Origin: a virus
Taxonomy: Duplodnaviria > Caudoviricetes
IMG/VR virus record: IMGVR_UViG_3300037461_001295
Coordinates: 1 to 40,272 of that record
Strand: one strand, 5' to 3'
DNA length: 40,272 nucleotides
Shown here: piece after piece, positions 32,001-40,272 of the stretch
Layout of the letters: the number at the start of each line of letters is the position of its first letter
Position numbering within the stretch: position 1 is the first letter of the stretch
Translations under genes and position numbers: made by a program
Notes under the pieces: model-generated
Told to the model about the DNA's origin: nothing
Database searches by the model: none
Seen by the model: the letters and a program-made list of their open reading frames with translations, nothing else

Positions 32001-34927
32001 CTGCGCAGAGCCTCGGTCAACGCCTGCTCGCTGAGGCCGCCCGCCAGCTGCCGCTCGCCCGCCACGACCTGCTGGAGCCGCTGGAGGAAACCGTCGAGGT
32101 CCTCCGGCCAGCCCAGTTCCGCCGCCGCATCGTCCCAGTGCTGCCCGGCCTTCGGGTCATGGGTGATCATGTTCCACATGGCCATGTTGGCGCCCTTGCC
32201 GAACCGCTGGCCCGCGTAGCCCTCGACCTCGCGCTTATACCCCTCGGGGATGTAGAACATCCCGGCCCCCGTGGACCGGAAGGCCGCCTGCTCCGCGCCT
32301 TCGGCGGCCGCCTGGTAGATCGGGTGCTGGCGGATCGCGTCCTCCGTCGCCTTGAGCTCCCGCCGCCCCGTCTGGCCCTTGGCCGCGTAGCCGGTCTTGG
32401 CCTTGATCATCTCGGCGATCGCCGCGGCGAGCTGCTGCTTCTTGCCCCGGACCGTCACGCCGATCTCTTTGGCCTTCTCCTCCAGGGCGGCATAGCTCAA
32501 ATCGCCCAGGGCCCCGCGGACCGGGTCCGGCTCCTCCAGGATCGACGCCCCGCCCAGCGACGACCAGAGCTGCTGGAGCGCCGGCCGGACCTGCTCGCCG
32601 AAGTCCTCGATCATCCGCTTCGACCAGGCGGCGAAGGTCCGCGCCCCGGCCTCGAAATGGAACGTCGCTGCCTTGGCGAGGTCCGCCCAGTCCTGGGGAT
32701 CGAAGAGGCTGGTGCCCCCCGCCTGCCGGCCGCCGGGCAGTTTGCCCGTGGCCTTGCGCCGCGCGAGGATCTCGGCGTACGCCTCCGGCGTGACCAGGCG
32801 GTTCGTCGAGCCCCACGCCGCCGGAGGCGGCGCGGCGCTCGTCTCTCGTGTCTCGGCACTCGTCGCTCGTGTCTCGGCACTCGTCGCTCGTATCTCGTCG
32901 CTCGGTGCGGCAACGATGGCGCTCCGGTCGAAGATGACAACCTCTTCGTTGACCGTGGCGTTATCGCGTATGCCCCGCACGACCAACGCATCATGGCCGG
33001 CCGTCCGCGCCCTGTCACTCAGGGAGGCCAAATCCTCAGCGCTACGTATCGGCACCCACGCGCCGCCGATCCGCGCGTCAAACGGCATGACCTGTTCCCC
33101 CGTCAGGATGCTCTCGTACGCGCCGGTTTCGTCCTGGAGGGCCGCCGCTTCCGGCGCGGGCCGGTAGTTGACGCCGGCCGCGGCGTCGATCACCAGGGGA
33201 TTGCCGATGCGGACCGGGACCTCCAACACATGGGCCCCATAGTATTCGGCCGTCTGCTGGTCCTGCCCGAGATAGATGCCCGGTCCCAGGCTGCCTTCGT
33301 AGGCAGGCGTAGCGGCGGCCAGTTCATCCACCGTAATGGGCTGATCCGTGCCGTGGTACAGTGTCACGGTCGGCGCCTGGGCGGCCGATTCCGCTGCGCC
33401 TGGGGCTGCCGGCGGGCCGATCTCCGGTGCGGGGGCCGGTTGGACCGTCTCGGCCGCCGGGACGGCCGTAGCGGCGTCAGCGGCCCGCTCGGGCACCGGG
33501 ACGGCAATCTCCGTCAGCCGCACGTCCGGCAGGGCCCGCTGGACCGCCGACCGCTCCCGCCGCAGGGCGTCGATCTCCGTCGTCACCGACAGAGCCGTGC
33601 CCGGGGCGCCCAGGACGGTGAACGATTGCAGGCTCTTGGCCCCCACCTCCAGCAGCCGCCGGCGGATCTCCGCGATCGTCGCCCGCTGGACGGCCTGCGG
33701 CGAGTCGGCCCCGGCGAAGGAGAGCCGCACCTGCCGCCAGTATTCCTCGGTCGGCAGGTCCCAGTCCGGCATCGGCACCTCCGGCGTCCAGGAGGGGGGG
33801 ACCCCGAGCCGCTCGGTCAGCCACTTGCCGAACTCCTCCGCCGTGATGTTGACCGACTCCTGCGCCAGCTCCTGGAGCGTCTCGGCGGCGAGGTAGCCGC
33901 CGAACTGGGCCGCGTGCCGCGCCGCCAGGTTCCGGAGCGTCCCCTGCGCGAGGAGGCGGTCCACCACGCCCTTCATGCCCAGCTTGACGAGGTTCTTGCC
34001 GCCGGGCAGCGTTTCCAGCAGCAGCGAGATCTGGCCCATCTCCAGGGCCCCGTTGAGGGCCCCGATCCCGAAGGAGGCCGCCTTGGCGATCTTCGGATCG
34101 ATCCCGGCGTCCAGCAGGTCCAGCACGGCCAGACCCGCCTCCAGCTGCCCCACCCGATAGGCCCCCGCCAGGCCGGCCCCGAGTTTGACGCCGCTGAAGG
34201 TCAGCGACGGGATCAGGGCCTCCTCCCCGAGCGTCGGCGAGGCCGCCGAGACCGTCACGCCCGCCGCCGCCCCGGCGACGCCGCCGACAAGGCCGCCCAC
34301 CGGCGCCGCCTCCAGCGTTTGGCCCAGCAGCGGCAGCTGCTCGGCCGTCGCCCCCAGCATCTTCTCCCACAGCGGCCGCTGTTTCGCCAGAAAATCCGCC
34401 GACCGCAGGCCCCGCAGCCGCTCGATCTCGCGCCACGTGTCCGCGGTATCGCGATTGAGCAGCACGTCCAGACCCAGATCGGCGAGCTGCACGTTGACCT
34501 GGCCGTCCTGATACGCCTGGCCGATCCGGCCCCAGGCGTCGTCGTAGTCGAGCCGCTCCCCGAAGAGCTGCTCGGTGATGTCGTCCGTGTGGGCGACGGC
34601 GATCTCCGGCGGCAGGCCCAGCTCGAGCTGATAGAATGTCTGGAGTTTGCCTTCGGCATCCGGCTGATAACGTCGCCCCACGATCGTCCCCGCCCGTTCG
34701 TCCAGGGGATCGAAGAGCTTACGCGTCTCGGGGTCGGCAATCCCCAGCCGGTCCGCCCAGCCGGGCCCCTGGGGCCGAAAGGTCACGACCTGCCCGAAGA
34801 GCGGATCGCGGACCTCGGCCGCCTCCTCCGCCGTTGCCTGCTGCCGCAGCGTCGTCAAGGACGGCACGCCAGCCGCCGCCTCCTGCCTCAGTTGTGCCAG
34901 CGTCTTTACCGCCACTTGCCCACCCAC
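29024..34927 (-). CDS. Large polyvalent internal virion (ejection) protein with ADP-ribosyltransferase-like domain
   Basis: 1967 aa, helical, at the T7 gp16 position; LYHGT...LGPGIYL...AEYYG...GHDALVV...EVVIFD domain; EAGARTFAAWSKRMIEDFG motif. Confidence 0.8.
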   Translation of the reverse strand: MGGQVAVKTLAQLRQEAAAGVPSLTTLRQQATAEEAAEVRDPLFGQVVTFRPQGPGWADRLGIADPETRKLFDPLDERAGTIVGRRYQPDAEGKLQTFYQLELGLPPEIAVAHTDDITEQLFGERLDYDDAWGRIGQAYQDGQVNVQLADLGLDVLLNRDTADTWREIERLRGLRSADFLAKQRPLWEKMLGATAEQLPLLGQTLEAAPVGGLVGGVAGAAAGVTVSAASPTLGEEALIPSLTFSGVKLGAGLAGAYRVGQLEAGLAVLDLLDAGIDPKIAKAASFGIGALNGALEMGQISLLLETLPGGKNLVKLGMKGVVDRLLAQGTLRNLAARHAAQFGGYLAAETLQELAQESVNITAEEFGKWLTERLGVPPSWTPEVPMPDWDLPTEEYWRQVRLSFAGADSPQAVQRATIAEIRRRLLEVGAKSLQSFTVLGAPGTALSVTTEIDALRRERSAVQRALPDVRLTEIAVPVPERAADAATAVPAAETVQPAPAPEIGPPAAPGAAESAAQAPTVTLYHGTDQPITVDELAAATPAYEGSLGPGIYLGQDQQTAEYYGAHVLEVPVRIGNPLVIDAAAGVNYRPAPEAAALQDETGAYESILTGEQVMPFDARIGGAWVPIRSAEDLASLSDRARTAGHDALVVRGIRDNATVNEEVVIFDRSAIVAAPSDEIRATSAETRATSAETRETSAAPPPAAWGSTNRLVTPEAYAEILARRKATGKLPGGRQAGGTSLFDPQDWADLAKAATFHFEAGARTFAAWSKRMIEDFGEQVRPALQQLWSSLGGASILEEPDPVRGALGDLSYAALEEKAKEIGVTVRGKKQQLAAAIAEMIKAKTGYAAKGQTGRRELKATEDAIRQHPIYQAAAEGAEQAAFRSTGAGMFYIPEGYKREVEGYAGQRFGKGANMAMWNMITHDPKAGQHWDDAAAELGWPEDLDGFLQRLQQVVAGERQLAGGLSEQALTEALRSGDPFLEILAEKRRLLRAGLGAFEVNQALTAIGEAAGMDRADYGDILIAGGTVADPADPHPGSLDFRQFMARLGAELGNPDSAWVRAWSLDVPEKPRAWHKRLVAEWEAIKAGQLTGDLSVGQVLATETLTAEQQAEIEAVDAEKVAEQIVEAEKQVLFGKLISGLLEDAAELKRLREALVDAYRAGTAEGVAQARAAYRAQQQRVKARKQLREYVAKLLASIRRPVGKTVAFDQRAAIEELQSQIDPRWRSRRTVAERQAARKFFAEHPEAQAPAKALAIIKAKSPSEWTVAELEQIARAVRELRRKGKILRTRENIARDDRRARDAQAVIDSVRGGDLPPLDLDAPIVRPPAETARDRWWHRYAATLTPERLFDWLDRRVNFAGAVFRIFWERVVEAESAKLVRIRARVAAAEAELARLNLTLRDLTADALIINGETITVQQAIGIYNFMQNLSARLAVTFGNRIGQADQTRVQEFVEARADLKALADWIVDHYDQHYDRLRQAVIDTEDRDMGREPNYTPIRRMEVDYSPDERQVLTEMMQRHHFQRGYAEKGMTISRKDIKPEYQKPIRLDAWTLLLEQIERQEHYIALGGIVKDLHALLSDEGVRAAVTDRGGKEVHEMLRRYVDAVGNPNIYRTYGEAERLARRIRRNTAIAFLAYKLSTMIKQPVSMVRMLPYAGLDLLRAGLAATAHWTQVRDFVTSRDPLTERPALERELEEMRARDPAKYEDLRQWLGEAGMRGLVWMDSVGRTIGWYGVYLHEMAAHGDEARAVAQARLATSLTQAGARVFQLPEIYRTSQEYLLLLTQFTNELNKLWNVTSYDLPMLMKNRQYERAVKTFIGIGIEASLMWMIANRRLPDDDDDAREIFGGQAVEMIPLIGPAVVAAYRGWGGEGVPALQGLAQTGADLYRLGERVAAGDVDDAEILDATHRLYKNLAPWFGVPYTGPRDLVRAVWNLDPSYVLGGPPSQNDKPQTAAGRRAAVRRRRRR

Positions 34928-36516
34928 TGGTTGTAATAGGCCTCTTGCTCGGCCGGGCTGTCGTTGAGGCCCTTGACGGTGTCCTCGAACTCCTGCCGCG
35001 TCCGCGGCTCAGCGCCCGGGTTCACCGGGACAAACGCCGCCGCCGGGTCCGCCCCGCCGGCCAGGCCCGCCCACTGCTGCCGCACGCCCTGCCACCACCA
35101 CTGGCCGATCCCGTAGATGCTGGACGCCCAGAGGAGCTTGCGGATCCGCTCCGTGATGGCCGGCTTGGCCGTCGGGGCCAGGAGTTCCTCGTACTTCGCC
35201 CGCACCTGCTCGTCCGTCGCCCCCGGGTTGGCCCCCAGCCACGCCCGAAACCGCAGCTTGGTGTCCAGGTACTTCGCCTCCGCCTCGCGCGTGCCCCACT
35301 TGCCGAAGGTCTCCAGGGTCTCGTAGTGGTCGTCGATCGCCTTCTCAAATAGGGCCACGCTCGGGGCGCCGACGATCTCGGCCCAGTCCCCCGCCTTCTC
35401 GTAGGCCGTCACGTACTGCTCCCGGGTCCCCGTCTCCAGCCGGCTCGCCACCGTCCGCAGCCAGGCGAGGGCCTCACCCTTGGGCAGCTGCTTTTGCCGC
35501 ACGAGCGAGAGTTTCGCCTCCGCCTCCAGGAAGGTCTCGAAGTCGTTCTCCAGCGGCGGCTTGACCATCAGGGCCCGGGCCTCCCGCGCCACGGCCGCGT
35601 CGAGGCGGTTGTCCCGGACCAGGGCCGGCAGCATCGCCAGGTCGAGCGTCCCCTCCAGCGCGCGGGCCAGGACCTCGTCGGCCGTTTTCTCCAGCTCGAT
35701 CCGCTGCTTCTGCTCGGCCAGGGCCGCCTCATCGCGGGCGAAGGCTTCGAGGTCCCGTTTCGCCCCGGCCGCCTCTTCGATATCGAGGCCCCAGAGCTTC
35801 TGGTACTCGGGGTCGGCGAGTTGGGCGACGGCCGCCTGCCAGCCGTCCGCCGCCGCGATCGCCTGGAGGTCCGCCCGGGCGGCGCCGAGCGTCGCCTCCA
35901 TCCCCGCCTGCAGGATCTTCGCTTCGAGGGCCTGCCGCGTCTGGGGCTCGAACCGGTCCGCGTAGGCCTCGAGCAGCTCGCCCGCCTCGCCCGCCCGGCC
36001 CGCCTGGGCCGTCGCCAGGATCTCGGCGGTGGCGTCCTGGAGCTCCATCCCGTCGAGCGTCCGAACCGCCTCATCCGCCCAGTTCGCCGCGACCTCGTTA
36101 TACCGGGTTTCGAGATGCGCCCGGGCGCGGGAGGAGAGCCCGCCGGCCAGCCGCTCGAACTCCTCCTGGAGGGCCCCGGGATAGGCTTCGAGCTCCCGCT
36201 CGTAGCCGGTCCGCCCTTCGCCCGTCGCCGGATCGACCTCGACCTGCGCGAGCTCCTTTCTCCGCCCGCCCAGCGACCGCAGGTATTGGAGGCGGAACTC
36301 ATCGAGCCCCCGCCAGGCCCGCGACGCCGCCAGGGCGTCGGCCCGGGCCAGCTTCTCGTCGGCCTTCCTTTCGGCGTAGGCGGCCACCTGCCCGCCCAGC
36401 CCGGCAACGGCGCGGCCGACGCCGGCCGCGTAACGGTCGGCCAGGCCCGCGAGCTGGCCCCCGCCCCCGACGGCAGGCCGGACCGAACGATAGAACCTCG
36501 GGATCGCACTGCTCAT
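34906..36516 (-). CDS. Internal virion protein (gp15 position)
   Basis: 536 aa Ala/Glu-rich helical protein; IPRF...GLGGQV N-terminus; synteny. Confidence 0.7.
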   Translation of the reverse strand: MSSAIPRFYRSVRPAVGGGGQLAGLADRYAAGVGRAVAGLGGQVAAYAERKADEKLARADALAASRAWRGLDEFRLQYLRSLGGRRKELAQVEVDPATGEGRTGYERELEAYPGALQEEFERLAGGLSSRARAHLETRYNEVAANWADEAVRTLDGMELQDATAEILATAQAGRAGEAGELLEAYADRFEPQTRQALEAKILQAGMEATLGAARADLQAIAAADGWQAAVAQLADPEYQKLWGLDIEEAAGAKRDLEAFARDEAALAEQKQRIELEKTADEVLARALEGTLDLAMLPALVRDNRLDAAVAREARALMVKPPLENDFETFLEAEAKLSLVRQKQLPKGEALAWLRTVASRLETGTREQYVTAYEKAGDWAEIVGAPSVALFEKAIDDHYETLETFGKWGTREAEAKYLDTKLRFRAWLGANPGATDEQVRAKYEELLAPTAKPAITERIRKLLWASSIYGIGQWWWQGVRQQWAGLAGGADPAAAFVPVNPGAEPRTRQEFEDTVKGLNDSPAEQEAYYNQWVGKWR

Positions 36517-36530
36517 GCGTCACTCCCTGC

Positions 36531-36621
36531 GGTCAATGGGGTCAATCCGGTCAACGGGGTCCCTCCGCGACTCCGGCGGAGGAGGAGGAGGACCTGATTG
36601 ACCTCATTGACCTTAGTGACC
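36531..36621. repeat. 9-mer repeats (GGTCAATNN) in direct and inverted blocks
   Basis: ggtcaatgg ggtcaatcc ggtcaacgg ... gacctgatt gacctcatt gacc; also 37063-37123, 39460-39540, 20992-21021. Confidence 0.85.
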
Positions 36622-36625
36622 ATGC

Positions 36626-37033
36626 TCAGAAGAAACTCGAAAAGGCGTTGATCACCCCGCTCGTCTTCGCCCGGGAGGCGGCCTTCTTGAGCTCGCGGGC
36701 GTCGCTCATCAGACCCTGGTATTCCAGCTCGGCGTTGCGGGCGAGCATCATCTTGTCGAGCACGAACTCCGTCTTGGTTTCGGCCAAGACATCGACGGCC
36801 GTCCCCGTCATCCGCACCCCCGCCTCGCCGAGGAGCTGCCGCTGCGTCGCCAGGGTCCGCCGGGCGTCCTCCTCCAGGCGGATCTGGTCCCAGACGGTCT
36901 GGACCCGGACCTCGCCCGCCTGGCGTTTCTTCACGCGGCTCTGGGCCGTGAGGCTCTTGGCCTCCGAGAAGCCCGCGTAGAGCTGCCCGCCCGCGGCGGC
37001 GGCCTTACCTGCGATCGCTAAGGCTTGCCACAT
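36626..37033 (-). CDS. Small internal virion protein (gp14 position)
   Basis: 135 aa from MWQALAIAG after GGAGG; GEAGVRMTGTAVDV motif. Confidence 0.75.
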   Translation of the reverse strand: MWQALAIAGKAAAAGGQLYAGFSEAKSLTAQSRVKKRQAGEVRVQTVWDQIRLEEDARRTLATQRQLLGEAGVRMTGTAVDVLAETKTEFVLDKMMLARNAELEYQGLMSDARELKKAASRAKTSGVINAFSSFF

Positions 37034-37133
37034 GACGCGCCTCCCGCACAAATCATCAGTGAGGTCAATAGGGTCAATCCGGTCCAGGAAGGGACCGCAT
37101 TGACCGCATTGACCGGATTGACCATGGATCCCA

Positions 37134-39563
37134 TCAGCGCACCTCCACCGTCGCCACCAGGGCCCGCAGGGTCAGCGGCAGCGGGTAACTCTGGACCACC
37201 GTCACGCGGGCCCCGTCCGTCGCGTAGCTGGTTGGCAGGGTCATCTCCTCGAGGTCCCCGGTGAAGAGGTCGGGCACCCCGGCCAGCAGCGGCGCCCCGC
37301 CCGTCGTATAGGGCGGCTCGTAGAGCGACGCCGCGTCCGGCCCGAACGCCGCCCCGAGCGTCTCGGCCACGCTCGCGGTCAGCCGTGAGACGGCCTTGCG
37401 CCGCTGCCAGGTCGTGCCCTGCTCGCCGGCCAGGTCGTAGCGGACCGTCGTCAGCGTCGAGGTATAAGACCAGCCCACGTGGACGACCGAGGCCGCCACG
37501 TCGAGCGTCACGGCCCCCGACGCCACCGTCTTACCCGCGACCGGGGCCCCGTCGGCGCAGATCGCCACGTCCTCGCCTTCGAGGTGATCGAGTCCCGAGA
37601 TCGTCGTGGCCGCCGTCGAATCGTAGGAGAGCCCGCCGTCCACGAAGTAGGCGTCCTCCTGATCGTCGCCCCAGTCCCAGGGTTTGAGGTACTCCACGTA
37701 GCGCACCGTCGCGCCATCGACGCTCCGCCGGACGGTGAGCCACAGTTCGTCCTCCGTCGCGCCCGGGATCGCGCAGAGGCTCTCGACGACGCCGGCGCCC
37801 CCGAGCGGATGCCGCGACCAGGCGACGACCTGGAAGTTCCGGTCGTAGGTCAGGGCGACGAGTTGCCCATCCGCCCGGCAGGACCAGAGGATCGTATGCG
37901 GCTGCTGGCACCAGGCCAGGCCGGTGAGCCCGCCCTCGGTGACGTGCTCGGCGAAGAGCGTCAGGTCCGGCGCCACGAGGGCATCGGCGTCGTAGCTGTA
38001 GAGGACCTCGCGGAGCTTCCGCCCGCCGCGCTGCAGGACCAGGAGGATGTTGTCCGCCATGACCGGCGGCACCGCGGCGCAGGGCAGGGCCAGCGTATTC
38101 GAGATCGAGGGCGGATTATTCGGCTTGATCGCCTGGGTCGTATCGAGCGGCTCCAGCTCAAAGAGACTGCCCGTCGTCCCGACGACCAGGCCGCGCTTTC
38201 TTTGGCTCTGGAGCCAGAGGATCGGGTCCTGCTCGCTGCGCCCCATCTCGTAGCCGAACGAGTCGTCGTCGTCGGTCCCCGCCGTAAAGTCCTCGTATTC
38301 GCCCGTCTTGGAGAACCACAGCGTCAGCGGCTGGTACGTCGTCGCCGCGTAGACGATCCGGTCGTTATAGCTGCCCACGGCCGCCGGATGGCCGCGGTAC
38401 TCACTCCAGGCCCCCTCACTCCAGCGGACCGTGGCGTCGGTATTGGCCAGGGTCCGCAGGACCGTCGCCGCCGCCGTCCGGGCGCCCGAGACCTTGGTGA
38501 TCTGGACGACCCCGACGTGCATGTAGGCGTGGGCCCAGACGGTATAGCCGATCGTGCCGGAGGTGTAGGCCGTGCAGTAGGCCCGGATCAGGACGTCCTG
38601 GCCGGTGTCGTTCGTATAAACCTCCGTCGGCGACGAGACGGCCCCCGTCGCCGTGACGATCGTATAGGCGCTCCAGGTGGACCCGGCGTCGTAGCTCATC
38701 TGGAGCTCCAGCGTCCCCGTCCACGTCCCGCCGACCGACCACTGGAACTTATTCTCCGCCTGGACGCTCACCGTCGCCGAGCCCGTCGCCGCCGCCGAGA
38801 GGGTCCCGGCCACGGAGGAGATCTCCACCAGGTCACGCAGCCGCCACAGGCTGCCGACGTGCCCGGCGACAAACGTATCCGCCGAGGCCGTCAGGGTCAC
38901 CGTCCCCGTCGTGCCGTCGGCCGCGATCGTGGCCGCCGTGAGGTTCTCGTCGAGGAAGGGCCCGTCGTCGATCCCGGCGTCCGCGATCGTCCAGCTGTTA
39001 TGGCCGCTCCGCGTCAGCTCCTGCGGCCAGTCGTTCCCATCGACGAGGTAGCAGACGTCGGCGTTCTGGAGGACCTGGAGATTCGCCAGGTCGCCCTCCT
39101 CGAACGGCGTCGCCAGCTCGTAGATCGCCCCGGCGTCCGTCTCGACCAGGCCGTGGTCCCGGAAGACCCGCATCAGATTGGCCGTGAACTCCAGGACGTA
39201 GCTGTCGTCCGTCGAATACCGAAAGGGGATCAGCCGGGCGAGGTTATTGCTGTCCGTGGCCGCGACGTAGTACGTCCCCGGCCGGCGGAGGAGCGGGCCC
39301 TGGGGGACGGGCAGGAGGTTTTCGAGCGTCGTCGCCGAGCGGTAGTACCGCTCCGCATCGAGCCGGGCCGCCGCCAGCGGCGAGAGCTCGCCGCCGGTGA
39401 AAGCCGACTGCATCAGCGGAAACGACGAGGCCCGGGCGAAGGGCGCCAGCGCCGTTGCCGTCAGTAAGGTCAATAAGGTCAACACGGTCCCACCCCTCCG
39501 GAGGGACTGGACCTCATTGACCTCGTTGACCTGATTGACCTTTTCCGCGTCTCGTCTCATCAT
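37134..39563 (-). CDS. Tail tubular protein B / nozzle (T7 gp12-like) with signal-peptide-like N-terminal extension
   Basis: QSAFTGGELSP, RRPGT, RLIPF, LWFSKTGEYEDF, AWSRH, YFVDGG motifs; start overlaps the tail A stop (ATGA). Confidence 0.9.
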   Translation of the reverse strand: MMRRDAEKVNQVNEVNEVQSLRRGGTVLTLLTLLTATALAPFARASSFPLMQSAFTGGELSPLAAARLDAERYYRSATTLENLLPVPQGPLLRRPGTYYVAATDSNNLARLIPFRYSTDDSYVLEFTANLMRVFRDHGLVETDAGAIYELATPFEEGDLANLQVLQNADVCYLVDGNDWPQELTRSGHNSWTIADAGIDDGPFLDENLTAATIAADGTTGTVTLTASADTFVAGHVGSLWRLRDLVEISSVAGTLSAAATGSATVSVQAENKFQWSVGGTWTGTLELQMSYDAGSTWSAYTIVTATGAVSSPTEVYTNDTGQDVLIRAYCTAYTSGTIGYTVWAHAYMHVGVVQITKVSGARTAAATVLRTLANTDATVRWSEGAWSEYRGHPAAVGSYNDRIVYAATTYQPLTLWFSKTGEYEDFTAGTDDDDSFGYEMGRSEQDPILWLQSQRKRGLVVGTTGSLFELEPLDTTQAIKPNNPPSISNTLALPCAAVPPVMADNILLVLQRGGRKLREVLYSYDADALVAPDLTLFAEHVTEGGLTGLAWCQQPHTILWSCRADGQLVALTYDRNFQVVAWSRHPLGGAGVVESLCAIPGATEDELWLTVRRSVDGATVRYVEYLKPWDWGDDQEDAYFVDGGLSYDSTAATTISGLDHLEGEDVAICADGAPVAGKTVASGAVTLDVAASVVHVGWSYTSTLTTVRYDLAGEQGTTWQRRKAVSRLTASVAETLGAAFGPDAASLYEPPYTTGGAPLLAGVPDLFTGDLEEMTLPTSYATDGARVTVVQSYPLPLTLRALVATVEVR

Positions 39564-40150
39564 AGTCGCGAATCCTTCCAGGTCCCGGCGTGGATGACGA
39601 CCGGGCTCGACTCCAGACTATCGGCCGCCAGCGCCTGCGGCTCCGAGACCCGCTCGTGCCACTCGCGGAGCATCGTCGCCACCTCGACCCCGCCGGAGCC
39701 CAGGAGCCCCGGGGCGATGGCCGCCGCCAGGCGGTAGACGAGCGCTTCGACGAAGAGGTCGTCGTAGACGTCCGTGTCGAGCGTGTAGCGGATCATCGAG
39801 ATCAGGGCGCTCGACGTGTCCGTCAGGAGGGTCCGGCCCTCCACCTTCCACTCGACCGTCGGGTCCTCCAGGGCCGTGACGGCGATGCAGTCGGTCGGCA
39901 AGCTGTAGGCGTAGGCGTACCCAAAGGCCGGCGTCGTCGTCAGGTTGCCCGAGATGTCCCGCCGGGTCTCCAGGCACTTGGGCCGCAAGGCCCGGGCCGC
40001 CGCCCGGAAGGCTAGCTCGAAGTGCATCCCCACCTGGAAGGCCTCCTGGCTCACCGTCTCGCCCGCCCCGGGGGTCAGACTGTGGATCTGCTTCGTGCTG
40101 CCGCACTTGGCCAGGGCCATATTCCCGATCGTCACCAGCGAAAAGCTCAT
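39560..40150 (-). CDS. Tail tubular protein A / adaptor (T7 gp11-like)
   Basis: IGNMALAKCG, PAFGYAYAYSLPTDCI, VEGRTLLTD, DDLFVEALVYRLAAAIA; double AGGAG SD before ATG 40150 (an in-frame ATG also lies at 40270). Confidence 0.88.
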   Translation of the reverse strand: MSFSLVTIGNMALAKCGSTKQIHSLTPGAGETVSQEAFQVGMHFELAFRAAARALRPKCLETRRDISGNLTTTPAFGYAYAYSLPTDCIAVTALEDPTVEWKVEGRTLLTDTSSALISMIRYTLDTDVYDDLFVEALVYRLAAAIAPGLLGSGGVEVATMLREWHERVSEPQALAADSLESSPVVIHAGTWKDSRL

Positions 40151-40155
40151 CAGGA

Positions 40156-40272
40156 TACTCCTAAAACTCCTTTCGTCCCGCGGGATCGGCGCGGTGAACG
40201 GCGGCATGAACATGAAGAACGGCCGGTCCTCCGCCGAGATCGAGCCGCTGACGACCCCGAGGAGTCTCATCT
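40156..40272 (+). repeat. Terminal direct repeat / circularisation overlap, right copy
   Basis: Matches 1-117 with one mismatch. Confidence 0.97.

Larger units (their letters stand above)
1..40272. mobile_element. Complete circular temperate podovirus-like phage genome (excised form carrying attP)
   Basis: 117-bp end overlap; terminase, portal, scaffold, capsid, tail tubular A/B, internal proteins and tail fibre in T7/BPP-1-like order; integrase next to a tRNA 3' fragment; no host genes. Confidence 0.93.

Noticed and set aside
31196-34936. 1246-aa + strand ORF and other long + strand ORFs (289-2163, 4209-6191, 8249-9856, 12334-13779, 28511-31141, 37479-39467)
   Set aside because: Antisense shadows of real minus-strand genes in high-GC DNA; Arg/Gly/Pro-rich with no motifs or SD
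1-40272. Assignment to Autographiviridae or to a named host
   Set aside because: No phage RNA or DNA polymerase; the host cannot be determined without searching the attP tRNA fragment and proteins

Overview
This window looks like a complete ~40,155-bp temperate phage genome in its excised, circular form. Positions 1-117 repeat 40156-40272 with one mismatch, and an intact attP (3' half of tRNA-Pro(GGG)) lies just downstream of a tyrosine integrase. The DNA is very GC-rich and nearly all genes are on the minus strand. The virion module is podovirus-like (T7/BPP-1 type): terminase, portal, scaffold, capsid, tail tubular proteins A and B, internal virion proteins, a 1967-aa polyvalent protein with an ADP-ribosyltransferase-like domain, and a gp17-like tail fibre with a beta-helix. 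A ParB protein, a probable replication initiator and an immunity region are also present. I recognise no RNA polymerase, DNA polymerase, reverse transcriptase or endolysin. The most unusual features are: (1) Sec-type signal peptides on two tail structural proteins, in a genome with no recognisable endolysin; (2) a probably leaderless ribbon-helix-helix repressor put out of frame by an A9 tract; (3) a 188-bp multi-stem palindromic element between head and tail modules; (4) a three-copy bulged RNA motif in the capsid leader; (5) several module-associated families of 7-mer and 9-mer repeats at gene junctions; (6) an attP that cuts the lytic genes off from the immunity-region promoter on integration. 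All protein assignments come from motifs and synteny read by eye; no database search was run.
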